In this document: piece after piece, positions 22,430 through 34,200 of the stretch
Numbering within the stretch: the first letter of the stretch is position 1
How the letters are laid out: each line of letters begins with the position of its first letter
Notes under the pieces: model-generated
What the model was told of the DNA's origin: nothing
The model's database searches: none
What the model saw: only the letters and a program-made list of their open reading frames with translations
Origin: Lama guanicoe
Lineage: Eukaryota
Direction: 5' to 3'
Assembly (NCBI GenBank): GCA_013239625.1
Contig: MU054001.1
Coordinates: forward strand, 1 to 64,000
Length of the DNA stretch: 64,000 bases
Program-made: the position numbers and the translations under genes

Positions 22430-22474
22430 TCAGCAGGAGTTGGCAATTCCCCTTCTCCTCTGTCTCATCCGCAT
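22430..22474 (-). CDS. SLC6A2: SLC6A2 alternative terminal exon (long C-terminal variant), MRMRQRRRGIANSC*
   Basis: Acceptor tcttcattccag|ATG in phase 0, matching the donor at 25902; peptide resembles the known 18-aa NET C-terminal variant ending NSCQISC. Confidence 0.8.
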   Translation of the reverse strand: MRMRQRRRGIANSC

Positions 22475-24093
22475 CTGGAATGAAGACCAACTCACAGGTA
22501 GACGCTAAATAACTAGACCTTGAGTAGATATTAACGTGATGGTCTTAAACAGATATTTGTACACTTCATGGAAAATAATAATTCCTTAAAAATCTGGGAA
22601 AATATCAAAAGTGTCCTGTACAGTACACAGGAGCACCTTTATCCCGGGTAACCTCTAGCAAAAAAAAAGGTCCCAAATAAGAAGTCAAACATCACTTATG
22701 ATAAAGCACATGTTCCCTCCTCATGAAGTGTGGGTGAAAGGTGAACCCAGAAGGTCTGCCAGCACCTCCTTGAGAATGTCCATGGCTGTCCTGGGTCCCT
22801 CCCAACCCCAGGGACCCTGGGCTTGGGATCAGGTTCCCCCCCACCCCCTCCAGGCTCAGGAGCCAACTTCCCCCACAAGGCAGCACCATTGGGTTGGTTG
22901 GCGTGGGGTCAGCTAGCACCACATCTCTGGTTCGCCTTTGGACGAGTGTCTGGAGGCAGAAAGGCCATGTGCAGATGGCAAAGAGGAAACGGCAGGCTCT
23001 CTCTGAAGGCTGCCCTGATACACAGGCTCTTCTGACTGTTTCACCTCATTTCTGCCAAGCAGATTCAGCTGTTCACATCCCACTGTTCCCTAGAGGAACT
23101 GATTTCACCAAAGGAGAGCAGCTAAGTAACTGCCTCTCTGCAACCAGCTAGAGGAGGATAAATGACACCCCCTCTTCCCTTCTTCTGACACACTCTTGCT
23201 AAGAAATACTCCTTGGCCACTTGACTGGATGGATTTTTGTTTATTCTGAATGACAGCTCTGGATGGGGTAAACCACACTGTGCTGGGAATTTCAAAGTGC
23301 TCTCAGCTGAGAGTCAGGGGATCTGCCTTGAGGATCCGACTGGATCCCTTCGTAGCTGCGGCACTGAGCAAGACTGACTGAAATGCTGGACCTTGGTTTT
23401 CTCACCTGGGAAATGGGGACCCAGAAGCCAGCCCTGTAGTAATCTCTAGGCGGATGGGAGGCAATGTAGATCAAAGTGCTTTGTGGAAAAAAAAATTACA
23501 CCTAGGGAGGAATTACCCTTCATGGGAGGATTCAAAGTCACTGATGGGGCCAGATTCCATCAGTGATGGGTCACCCTGCTCTCATTCCCAGACCCCTACC
23601 TGATTGGCCCACTCTGTGGGATCCTCTCAGGCCCTACCTTTTTCAGGGTCCCAGTCACTTGCCACTTGGGCTATCTCAGATTTTGAACTGGATTTTTTAT
23701 ACGGAAAGATCCAAGGTCTCTTGTTTCTCCCACTTTTCTTTAAAGAATGACATAAGGACCCTAACCCAGTGGAACCTTGCCCCCAGCTGGCCCCCTCACA
23801 GCCATCTTCCACCGACTGCACCATCAGCAGGTGGGGCTCAGTGACACCCCACTTTTCCCAAAGCACCTTTTGATGTGTGCCTCCCTAGACTCCCAGTGGA
23901 AACAATGTGGCCTCTTTTTTTTTGCCCAAGATTCTACAACGGGGGTTCCCACAGTCAGAACAAGAACCCACAAGTCTAGATTTCCAACGAGGGTGTAAGA
24001 AACTCAAACCATAATTAGAAATTCCAAACAAATGCCACTGCCTTACCAAACTACAAATCATTTCTCTGAATGAGCCGAAACTAACCAACAGCA

Positions 24094-24107
24094 CCACCAG
24101 GGGGCGC
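24094..24107 (+). promoter_or_regulatory. CTCF motif
   Basis: CCACCAGGGGGCGC, a consensus core; binding untested. Confidence 0.65.
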
Positions 24108-24836
24108 CACACATGAGTTTGTATCAGAAGTCAACGTAGAAATTCTCCACCTACCAACCGGCTCCAGCAACTCAGAAGAGTCTCCCCTCAACCTGAGTGA
24201 CTGAGGTGCTACGTGCTTGGTTCCACGCTGCCCTCCACTGGTCCATGAAGAGAGACAAAGGGAGTTTTCAGGGCCCGCTCTCCATCACTCCAGACGCCTG
24301 GTCTGTGCTGGGTGGGATTCCCAGGGACAGGCTTTGAAGGTATCCATGAACAATACAGAAACAGGCAGCCTGTTGGGCCGTCCTTGGACACCCGCCTGGC
24401 CCCATGAGGACAGCAGAGAATCCCATAGTGGAGACACCCAGCTGGCCTTGCTGGGTTCCTGGCCCAAGTTTCCCAGGAAGGTCTCAGGAGCCACAGACAG
24501 GTTTCTGGGCTCCATGTACCTGACACAGCAAGGCCCACGTACGGTCTCTACAGGCTTGTCTGGTTCTTCTGCAGAAGCTGCTCACTGTGTCACCGTCTGG
24601 ACTCTACACACCAGAAGCCAGAAGAATGTTCCAGAACACACACAAATCAAACCCAGGTCCACCAGAGTGAAAACGAACTCTGAAGGTTGCTGCTCACGAC
24701 CCCCCAAAGCTTCTATCCACAGACTTCATGGCAGCGATAAATACACCCAAGCTCCCTGACCAAGTTCCACACACCAGAGCACTGACTGGGGTGGACAAAT
24801 CTATGGACCCCCCCGTCCCCAGCCTCAGCTGGGCTT

Positions 24837-24842
24837 TTTATT
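24837..24842 (-). terminator. Candidate proximal polyA signal of SLC6A2
   Basis: AATAAA on the minus strand ~420 nt after the stop codon. Confidence 0.45.
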
Positions 24843-25259
24843 GTGTTTTGGTTTTACGGTGTCTGACCAAAAGCAACCTCCTCTGTCTGATTTGCCTGAT
24901 GGAGGATTTCTTCTGAGGCCCAAAGTACCAGCACTCGTGGTGGGGAGTTCTGCTCGAGCCGTGGACCTCAGCTCAGGCCGGCTCCCTTGGTGGGTGAGAC
25001 TTCCTCCATACTCAAGAGGTTCCACAGAAGTCATTTTTCTGGTTCCCTCCTCTCCTCTTCTCTCATGAGGCTTACCAATCCAAGCTCACAGCCCTCAGGC
25101 CAGGTGAACAGAAGGTGAACGAAAACCAGGTCACTAAATCAGTGGTAACTCGGAAAAGAGGGAGGTGGGGTGGAAGAGGAACCCCGAGACAGTGCCCGGG
25201 GTGGTAGGAAGCCTTGGACCTGAACGCTGGCGCAGCAGGGCTCCTCCACGGGGTCAGGC

Positions 25260-25283
25260 TCAGATGGCCAGCCAGTGCTGCAG
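25260..25283 (-). CDS. SLC6A2: SLC6A2 coding exon 14 (canonical terminus LQHWLAI*)
   Basis: tttctctgcag|CTG CAG CAC TGG CTG GCC ATC TGA. Confidence 0.95.
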   Translation of the reverse strand: MQHWLAI

Positions 25284-28200
25284 CTGCAGAGAAAGACGGC
25301 GAGGCCGTTAGGCCAGGCTCAGGGCAGGCAGGGACCGAGGGACAAGGGCCAGCTGAGAAGGGCAGTGGGAAGCACAGAGGGGCAGAAAACACAGCTGCTT
25401 CCTTCAAAGACCCGGAGAACATGCAGGCTGATTCCCTCATGGTTACCAGGATCCAAAAAAGGCAAAGGAGCCTTTGCCAAGTCACCCAGTAAGTCCGAAG
25501 CAGGGGGCTCACGGGGCCCCTTCCCGATCCCCCCCCCCCGCATCTTTAAGGGGAAGGGAGCAGGATGCAGGTCAACATGTTACTGATATACCTGCTGTGC
25601 TTCCTTCCAGATAAAAAATCCTCAGCCTAATTTGGGGACACTCCAAGGTGACAACTCAAAGAGAGAGAAAAGAGTTTAGGAAAGCTTGGGCATGTGGTAT
25701 CCCAGGTCCAGGAAGCCAGAGGGGCAGGCGGAGGCTGGTGGAAGGCAGAGGACCAGCCCTCTACTCCGTCCCACCCAGCATCACACTCGCCGGGGCTACT
25801 GCCCTCAGCTGCTCTGGGGTTTCTGGCAGGTGGTGTGTGGTCCTGTCTTGGCCAGCACAGTGGGGAGCAGCCCCCACCAGAATGGTCCAGGCTGCACCTA
25901 CCTGGAACTGCCTGACGTCCCTCTGGGCCACCAGGTGATGCTCGTTCTCTGGGGTGATGCCATAGGCCAGTCTCTGTGAGAGGATGAAGGGGAGGAGGCC
26001 TCAGCTTGGCCCAGAGGACAGCCCACGCCCTGGTTTGTGGAGCTGGTTGGCTCACTCTCAGACATTCATCCAGTGAATGCTCATTGAGCCAACTACCAGA
26101 CTTCAGGATTTCATGGACAGGAAACACGTCACAAGGACCTAGAGGGGAGGGAGGGGGTGGACACAGCCCTGCCTGGGACCCTCTGCCCGAAGTTTCTGTA
26201 TGGCTCACTCCTTACATCCCCTAGTGTCTTATCTGTCCCCTCATGAGAACGTGAGCTCCAGGGAGTCTGTCTAGTGTGGGAACACTTCCTGCCCTGCACA
26301 GATTCTCAGTTAATATCTGTGAAGTGAGTGGATAAAAGAACGAAGGAAGGAAATCTTTATATTTCAAGTAAGGACACTAGGAAAAGACTGTCACCGTTAT
26401 TTATGAAAGAAAGGGCATAAACAACAAGGTCCTACTGTACCTCACAGGGAACTATATTCAATGTAGGTAATAACCTATAAAGAAAAAGAATGTGTATGTG
26501 TGTGTGTGTGTATATACACACACATAGAACTGAATCACTATGCTGTACACCAGAAACGTACACAACATTGTAAACCAACTATCCTACAATTTAAATTAAA
26601 AAAAAGGAGAAAGGGCATTTAATAACCAAAGAATAGAGGAGACATAATTTCAGTTAAAAGGCTCTTTTTCCCAAATACTTCTCCTCTGCATATGTATCTG
26701 CAGGGCACACTGCTAAAAGAAGAAAACACATCTTGGAAATCTCTAGTTTAAGCTGATCAGGTGTCAGGTTCAGGAAAGAGGCAGGAGAAAGCCAAGATAC
26801 AAGGTCACAGTGAGCTTGGATGGGGAGAGTGGGGACTTCCGGGGACATGTCAGACCTCAGGAGGTGGGGCAGGGGCATGGGCACCATGCATGCAGTCTGT
26901 CTAAGTCAGCCTGAGATGGCGGGCTGAGCTTCTTATATCCAGAAAGTCGGAAGAGAGGAGGGGCACACGCCGCACACGATGCACGTGATAGTAGGTACCA
27001 CGTGTTGACCGTGTCCCACGTGCCGGGCACTGTGCTAAGCACCCCCTTTCACCTTTCGAGGTCCGTATTATTATCCCCAGATCACAAATGTGGAACCCGA
27101 GGCTGGGGGAAGAAACATGGCCGATGTGGTGGGTCTGATTCTGGAGTTGGTGTCCTTCTGTCTCTCTCTCCCACCCCCACGGGAATGACTCCGGATCCCC
27201 CGCCCACGCTGGCCCCCGCCCTCCCAGGGCCACCCAGAGCTCACCTCGCGAAGGGAGCCCCGCGTGCTGAGGAACTTGTAGACGATGTAGCCCGGCACCA
27301 GGACCATGGAGGAGCCCGCGATGCCCCACCCGACCCAGTTGGCCCAGAGCGGGAAGACGTAGTCATCGTAGGTGAGAGGCTTGAAGTTGATGATGCTCAC
27401 GACCACCACGAACTTGAGGGGGAGATGGAGAGGAGTGATGAGGAGGGGGAGAGACAGGGAGAGATGGGGTGGGAGAGAGGGAGAGAAGCAGCAAGACACA
27501 GGAGAGAAGTGAGGGGCAGTGCGGGAGATGGACACGGGGAACGGAGACGGTAAGGAAGGAGGAGATAGAGAAGGAAAGGAGACAGAATTCAAGTCAGGAA
27601 GGATAGCAAAAAGGAGCCAAAGAAGCAGAAGCAATAAAAGGAGGAGACTGGAAAGGTGGCCTTGGAGTTGGGCTGAGTGGTGGCACACAAAGCCCCGGGA
27701 ACCGGGCCCCAAGGAAGCCCCTTGGAATCAACAGGGCGGAGCATCCCGAGCACGTGTCTGCATGGCCAGGGCCCTGCATCCCAGAACCTCCTCCCTTAGA
27801 AGCAAATAATCCCACCTCCCCCTCCCCCCAGGGTGCCCCCGCCAGGCACTACACACCAGGAGGAAGACAGGGCTGACGAACTTCCAGCAGAGTCTCCAAT
27901 ACAGGCCTGGCTTGAACCCCATCATCTGCTGGATGTCGTTGCTGAACCTGTCCACACCTGTGCACACACGGGGCAGTGTCACAGCCACCCCTGCAGAGCC
28001 TGGGGCCACCCCTGCTGCCTTCCCACGAGGGTCTGTCCCCAGAGGGCCAGCTGAGCAGTGGGGCAAGACAGGGACACCCTGGCACTTAGGACACCTGGGG
28101 ATGGGCACTCGGCTGGTACTGAACAGGGGAGAGGACAGTATATCCTTGTAGGTGCCCCTCAATTCATTTTTCAGAGGACAAACCAGGGATCAGGGAGGGG

Positions 28201-31200
28201 AGGGGACCTGCCCCAGGTGACACAGCCAGGGTGGCCTGACTCCAAAGCCCAGATCTTTCCTCTTGGTCCCTGCTTCTTAAAACAATGATGACTGTGTAGT
28301 GTTTGCCCCGACTTTAACCTGGTAGAAGTACCTAGACTCATGTCGAAATCCCTTTCTGATGAGTAGAAAGGAGTGAGGGCAGGACTAAATTTTGCTGTGA
28401 CATGTAGGGGAGAAAAGGAACAGTTACAACACGTATCACACTTTGTACCATGTTCTCCCCACTCAGCGCTTTTGTACTGTGTTCTCCCTACTCAGTGCCG
28501 GAACAAGATTGGCGAAGAAAGCAGATGCCCAGTGACATTTGAATTTCAGATAGACAAGGAAAAAAATTTCAGCTTAAGAAAATTCCGTGCAAAATTTGGG
28601 ACATACTTATACTAAAAATAACTGTTCACTGTTTATTTGAAATTCAGGTTTAACTGGGTGTCTTGTATTCTATCTGCTGAATATGGCGACCTGACTCTAC
28701 AGTGCACTGTGTGCCCTGGGGAGCAGCAGCTTCCTCTGAGTTCCTCTCCAAAAGCTGACACTGACGCCTCTGGGGCCCTTGCATCACGCAGAGATGAGCT
28801 GAGGGTTGGGAGACCTGCGCTCAATTAGCAGCCTGCTCAATTCTGGGATCAGCCAGCGGCTGCCCTGGAAATGGAAAGTCACTCTGCATCTCCAGGTGAA
28901 CAGGCTCCAGAAGCACAGGGGCCAGAGGCTTTTCCACCCGCTCAGGGCCCAGCATGTACCATAAAACCAGGAGACTCCGATGGCTTCCATGAGCACAGCA
29001 AACAGGATGGAGGTCCCCGCCGCAAACGTGTCCAGCAGGGTCAGCACGTATATCCCACCCTGGGGCGTGGACAGAGAGAGCCTGAGGCCATCACGGCTAG
29101 AAATGGCCACTGACTGTTACATCCATCAGAATTCACCTGTCCCCTGTCCCGCTCACTCAGAACCCTGTTTGAGAACTCAGATGATGGGGCTACAGAGCTA
29201 CTGGGTTGCTGTTACATACTCTAACAAAGACCTTCTGGGGTCACTGGGTCTGATGTTGGTTGGGTACTTCAGCCAGTAAAAAGCAAGATGCATTTCAAAG
29301 GGAATATGCTGCCTCCCAAACCAATAGGCAGTTAAAAGTTTTGCTCTAACGGGAGAGAGGACAACGGGGTGTAACCCTAGGGTATCAGGCCACAGAGTTC
29401 AGGATGCCAGGTACCACCACAGTTCCCCTGACCTCACCCTGGCCCTGTCTCCAACTTCATGTCTGGGAATATCTGGCTGGATGGAAATGCACCCCACAAG
29501 CTCCAGGTGACCCAGACCCAGCCCCTCCTCACCTTGGTTATGCAAAACAGGGCCAGAAGGAAAGTTCCAAACGCAACACCAAATGTGAAGAGTTTCCGGT
29601 GTCGCTTCAGGACCTGGAAGTCGTCAGCCAGGCCCGTGATGACCGCCTCCATGCCCCCCATCTGCGGGGAAGCAGGCAGGGTGGGATGCCAGAGTGGGGG
29701 GCCCCCAGCAGCCCTGGATTCATGCACCCTGCTAGCTGCCTTGTTTCCCTAGAGAAACCGGCAGGTCCTGCCTCCTCCCCCTCCTTTCATCCACTTCCGC
29801 CCTGTTCTCGGCCAAGCTCAAAACTCAGAAACCGCGTGGGAGAGGGTGAATGGTTAAGTCCCGTCTCCTTCCACTCAGCAGGTACCTGACTCCTGTCCAC
29901 TCTTTCAGCCTGAGTGGATGCTGAAGGGCAGATCGGACGGTGAAAGGTGTCAAATGCCAAGCCACCTGTTAGATATTTGCGTGCAACTAAGGCCTTCTGG
30001 AAAAACTACCAAAAAAGGGCTTCTAGTGGTGGGAACTTTAGGCAGCAGTTTCTGATAGGGTTTTTTTGGCCACCTTTCTAAGTATCAAGCAAAGTGGTCA
30101 CCTCAAACTCCAGACAGAGTCTCACAGGATCTCATATCCCACAGCTAGGGGCAATTTTATTCTCTCCAAGGTCACTACTAGAGTCTCATATGAGTAATAA
30201 CCATGTGTTTATTTAAGTGACACCCCAAACCTGGATGACAGACAGGAAGCATCACTCCCCACCTTTTACCCTGGACAGAAATTGGGGATCAAAATCAGTA
30301 TTTCCTCCTAGGAGCGCAGAAGCAGCTTCAGAGTCCTTCTCAGCACACTGCTCTTAGCAGGTCCACTAATGGCCAGGAAAAGCCAGTGAGAGGAAGCCGA
30401 CTTGCCAGCCGTCCCTGAACACTTCTGGCAAACTTATCCGCATTGTGTGCTAAAGGTGGACCTAGCTATGAAAAGGGGCCAGTACACCTAATCTTAGAAA
30501 TGGGTAAAATAAAGGATCTAAAAAACGAATGCGGCTCAAAGTGTTTTTTTGGTGGTTGATGATGAAACATCACGGGAAGAGTGGCTGGTTCTATCCGTGC
30601 TCTCTTGGGATGAGTTCCTCACCTACCATAGGAGAGCGCTGGGCCGGTTTACCTGAGGTCTCTCCTAATGTGGATTTCCATGATGCCAAGGGGGTTTCTA
30701 CTGGCTCCTGGCTTTGGCATCAATCTTGCCTTTCTGAGTGAGTACTGATTTCCTTGTTGCATTTAAATAGGGCCTTATGGAAACAACTACTTATCAGGTG
30801 CTTGGGGGGAATCTTCAGACTGAGTAGTGTGTGTGTGTGTGTGTGTGTGTGTATTTGGGGGAGGGAGGGTCAGGTCCAGTGGTGTCTGTCGGGGGTGGTA
30901 TCTGAGCAAGATCACTCACTGAGCTGTCAATTCCCAGAGCCAGCAGCATGATGAAGAACACGACGGCCCAGAATGTGGATCCCGATAGGGTGGAAATGGC
31001 TTCCGGGTACAGGATGAAGACTAGGCCAGCTCCTATAAGAAACATCAAGGACCTCACCAGTGGCTGAGCTGCAGATGAGAGGGGAGCGTTTTGAGATCCA
31101 ATACGCCCCAGCCCCGCCCCATGATATCTGAGCAGTCACGTGTGGACTGGGCAAACCACGCTCCGAAGACGACTGATGGAGCCAGCTCCAGCCTGAGTTC

Positions 31201-34200
31201 ACCGATGCACCCAGGAGGTTGACCTCAAACAGCCAAGCCAGAGAGCAGTGCCTCACCTGGACAGCTACAGACTACGTGCTTCAAACCCCACCACCCGCGC
31301 ACTGTGAGGGATCCTCCTACTCTCCAAAATGTGTGACCTTCAGAGTCCATGAGAGGCAGCCCCTCCCCAAGTCTCAGCCTCTTTGTGGCCATAGGAATAT
31401 GAGAAGCAGCGGGGGGAGGACGCAGGCTCTAGAGGCAAACTGGTTGGATGTTGGCACCACTGCTCACTAGCTGGGTGACCCCAAACAGCTTCTATAGCCT
31501 GGGTCTCAGCTTTCTCATCTTTAAAGTGGGTCTATTAACACCTGCCTAGCAGCACTGCAAGAACTAAACGAAGATATGTCAAGTGCTAAGCACAGGGGCT
31601 GGTACAGAGTGGGTGCTCCAAAATCTGTCTTGCCTGGCCTCAGGAGAAGCTTCTGCCCAGAATTCCTACTGATGGCCTCAAAGTCCAACAAATGAGCAGT
31701 CCAGAAAGCTCTATGTCCAGCCCTCTCAGTCCTGCAGCCACGAGAGAACTGCACAGCCAAGAAGGAGGTGGGTTTCTCAGCCCCCTCCTCTTCTGTGGGG
31801 CAGAAGTCCACCCACCCACCTTCAGTGGCAACATCCTCAATGTTGACTTTGTGCTCATGGGCCATGTAACCAAGGATGGAGAAGATGGCGAACCCAGAGA
31901 TGAAGCTGGTGACACAGTTGATGGTGCTGGTGAGCAGGGCGTCCCTGGGGGAAAGAAGCACACTGTTAGTTCAAGTTGCTTGATTCTCCCCAGCCCTGCT
32001 CGTTGACCGCTGGACTGTCTATGGAATCCATGGCTTCAAATGCCATTCCCCTTGTCAGTTTCCCTGCTGCCACATGGGCCCCCAGTGCCCCACCAACACT
32101 GGGTCAGAACCTGTAGGTGCAGGAAACAGGTCAACAGTTTCTGGATGAAACACCTTGATACCGGAGCCTGACAGCAAACTCTTGCTGGGAAGCTGAGTCA
32201 CCAGCCTCCTTCAACAAACTTTTCATGGCTCTCCAGTGCCTCTCAGCTTCTCTCCCAGGCATTCAGGGGCTTTGCTAAGATGACCCAACCTTCTTTCCAG
32301 GCTCCTTTTCCATGACTCCCCAACATGCACTCTCCGAACAAACCAGTCAACTTGCTGGTTCATGAACATACCACCTCCTCTGGCTTTGCTCATACTGTTG
32401 GTCCACTCCAAGCACGTCATTCCCTTGCTCAACGCCTGCCTCTCCCAAACCTAATTATCCTCCAAGGCTCACCTCAAATGCACCTCCGTGCTCTCGCTGA
32501 TTGCCCCATTTCCTTGGCCTCTCTATAGCCTGCCCCACTAGTATGCACGCATCCTACTCTGCCTTGTACCAGGGAGGCTGTGATTCTGTCTCAAGCTTTT
32601 GATAAAGAGGGATGGAAGAAGGCCAAATCGGTGCCCATGTCTGAGGCCCTTACAGCACCGGGCCTGCAGGGGGCAGCATTAAATGCTGACTGAACCAATT
32701 GATCTAGAGCATGGTCTTCTGACTCCACTGCCCTAAGCGGACTTCTCATTATGCCTTGTGGTCTTAAACTCTGACCCTGCCAGGCCCTCACCCCTCATGT
32801 AACCAACCTGGATATTCCACCCGGGCATCAGGTGGACAGACAGACAGGCAGTGCTGGATGCTCAGAAAGTCACACAGTGGTCCTCTGTCCCAGCTACCCA
32901 GCACCATGATTTCCCAGTGTTAGTGGCCTTAACTTTCCCAGCTTCTCACCTTACATCTGTTTCAGAGGTGTCCTGAACTGAAAGATGTCCATCAGGACCC
33001 CTAGAGGCCACGTCAGCCTTCACAGAACATCCGGGATGGTCTGTACTCTGCCTCGCTTCACAGGGGATGGAACCCAAGAAGAAAATTTGACTTGTCTCAG
33101 ATCAGAGCCCTTTCTTCCATCCCTGCAAGGGTTCATCCCTAGGGTTTAGAGCTTTCCAGGGCCCCAGTAAGGATCTTACCTGTAGCAGTTGTTGTCAAAT
33201 TTGTTGTAACTAGCAAATGCAATCAAGACTCCAAATCCAGCCCCCAAGGAAAAAAATATCTGAGTTGCAGCATCAATCCATACCTGAAATGGGCATACAA
33301 AGGCCATCACCCTCTGCTTCCACAGAATTGGACTACCTCACTGCTCCAGAAGGGCTGGGAAGCCCCGAGGATGCTCTGAGACCTGAGGAAACGAGGTCTG
33401 AACCAGAGATGGGCAGTCATGCCCCTCCTGCTCCCTAGCAGCCTGTACAGAATCACTGGGGAGAGGGTGGGGTGTCTCCAGCATCTCCCAGCCTTGTGTG
33501 GCCATGAGCGAGCTCATCCCGGAGGAATGCACTGACTCAATTTGATGTCCTTATTTTCAAAGAAATAGACTACAAGTTCTAGGCTAGAATGTGGAAGGGG
33601 CAAGGGCAAAGGGTTATGACTGTAATCTCTGGGGTTATGGAGACAACATCTTTGGAAACGGGTAATGATTCCAGTAGCTTCTGCCAACCCGTAGACAACA
33701 GTGACTCCTTGGTGGGCAATGGGGTTTGTTTATTTCATCTTTTGAGTGATGAAAATTGTATGGCTGGAAGCCCAGAGATCTGAGCCCCTCTCCAGCCTCT
33801 CAGCCTCATGGTCTAGCCCTGGTAAATTTCCCTGTCTGTATCTCAGTTTCCTCATCTGTACAGTGGGGATCCTTGTACCGAGCTCACCTGGACTAAGCTG
33901 CAATTCAGACTTGCGAGATTTCTGTCATCTCCCCACTCATGTTATTCTAGACTGCTGCTGCTTTGTAAGCAGAGGGTATAATGAGAGATGCAATCCGATG
34001 GAGGAAGACAGATTTGCTCTTTGGGACGGCACTCAGGCTCCATTCGTACTGTCTGGAAAGACTTAGGATGTTTAAACAGCGCAGAACAGACAGAACTCTG
34101 ATTTGTTTCATAGTTTACAAGGCTGACTCGTGCCTCGTGCTCTGTTCTTTCTGACCTTACTAAGGAAATGGGTTTTTCTCCTGGTTCTCAGGCTATAACA

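Noticed and set aside
27245..27412. Amino-acid differences from human NET in the TM12 region ([14 protein letters not shown])
   Set aside because: They resemble what I recall from other artiodactyl orthologs; no evidence of special significance without an alignment
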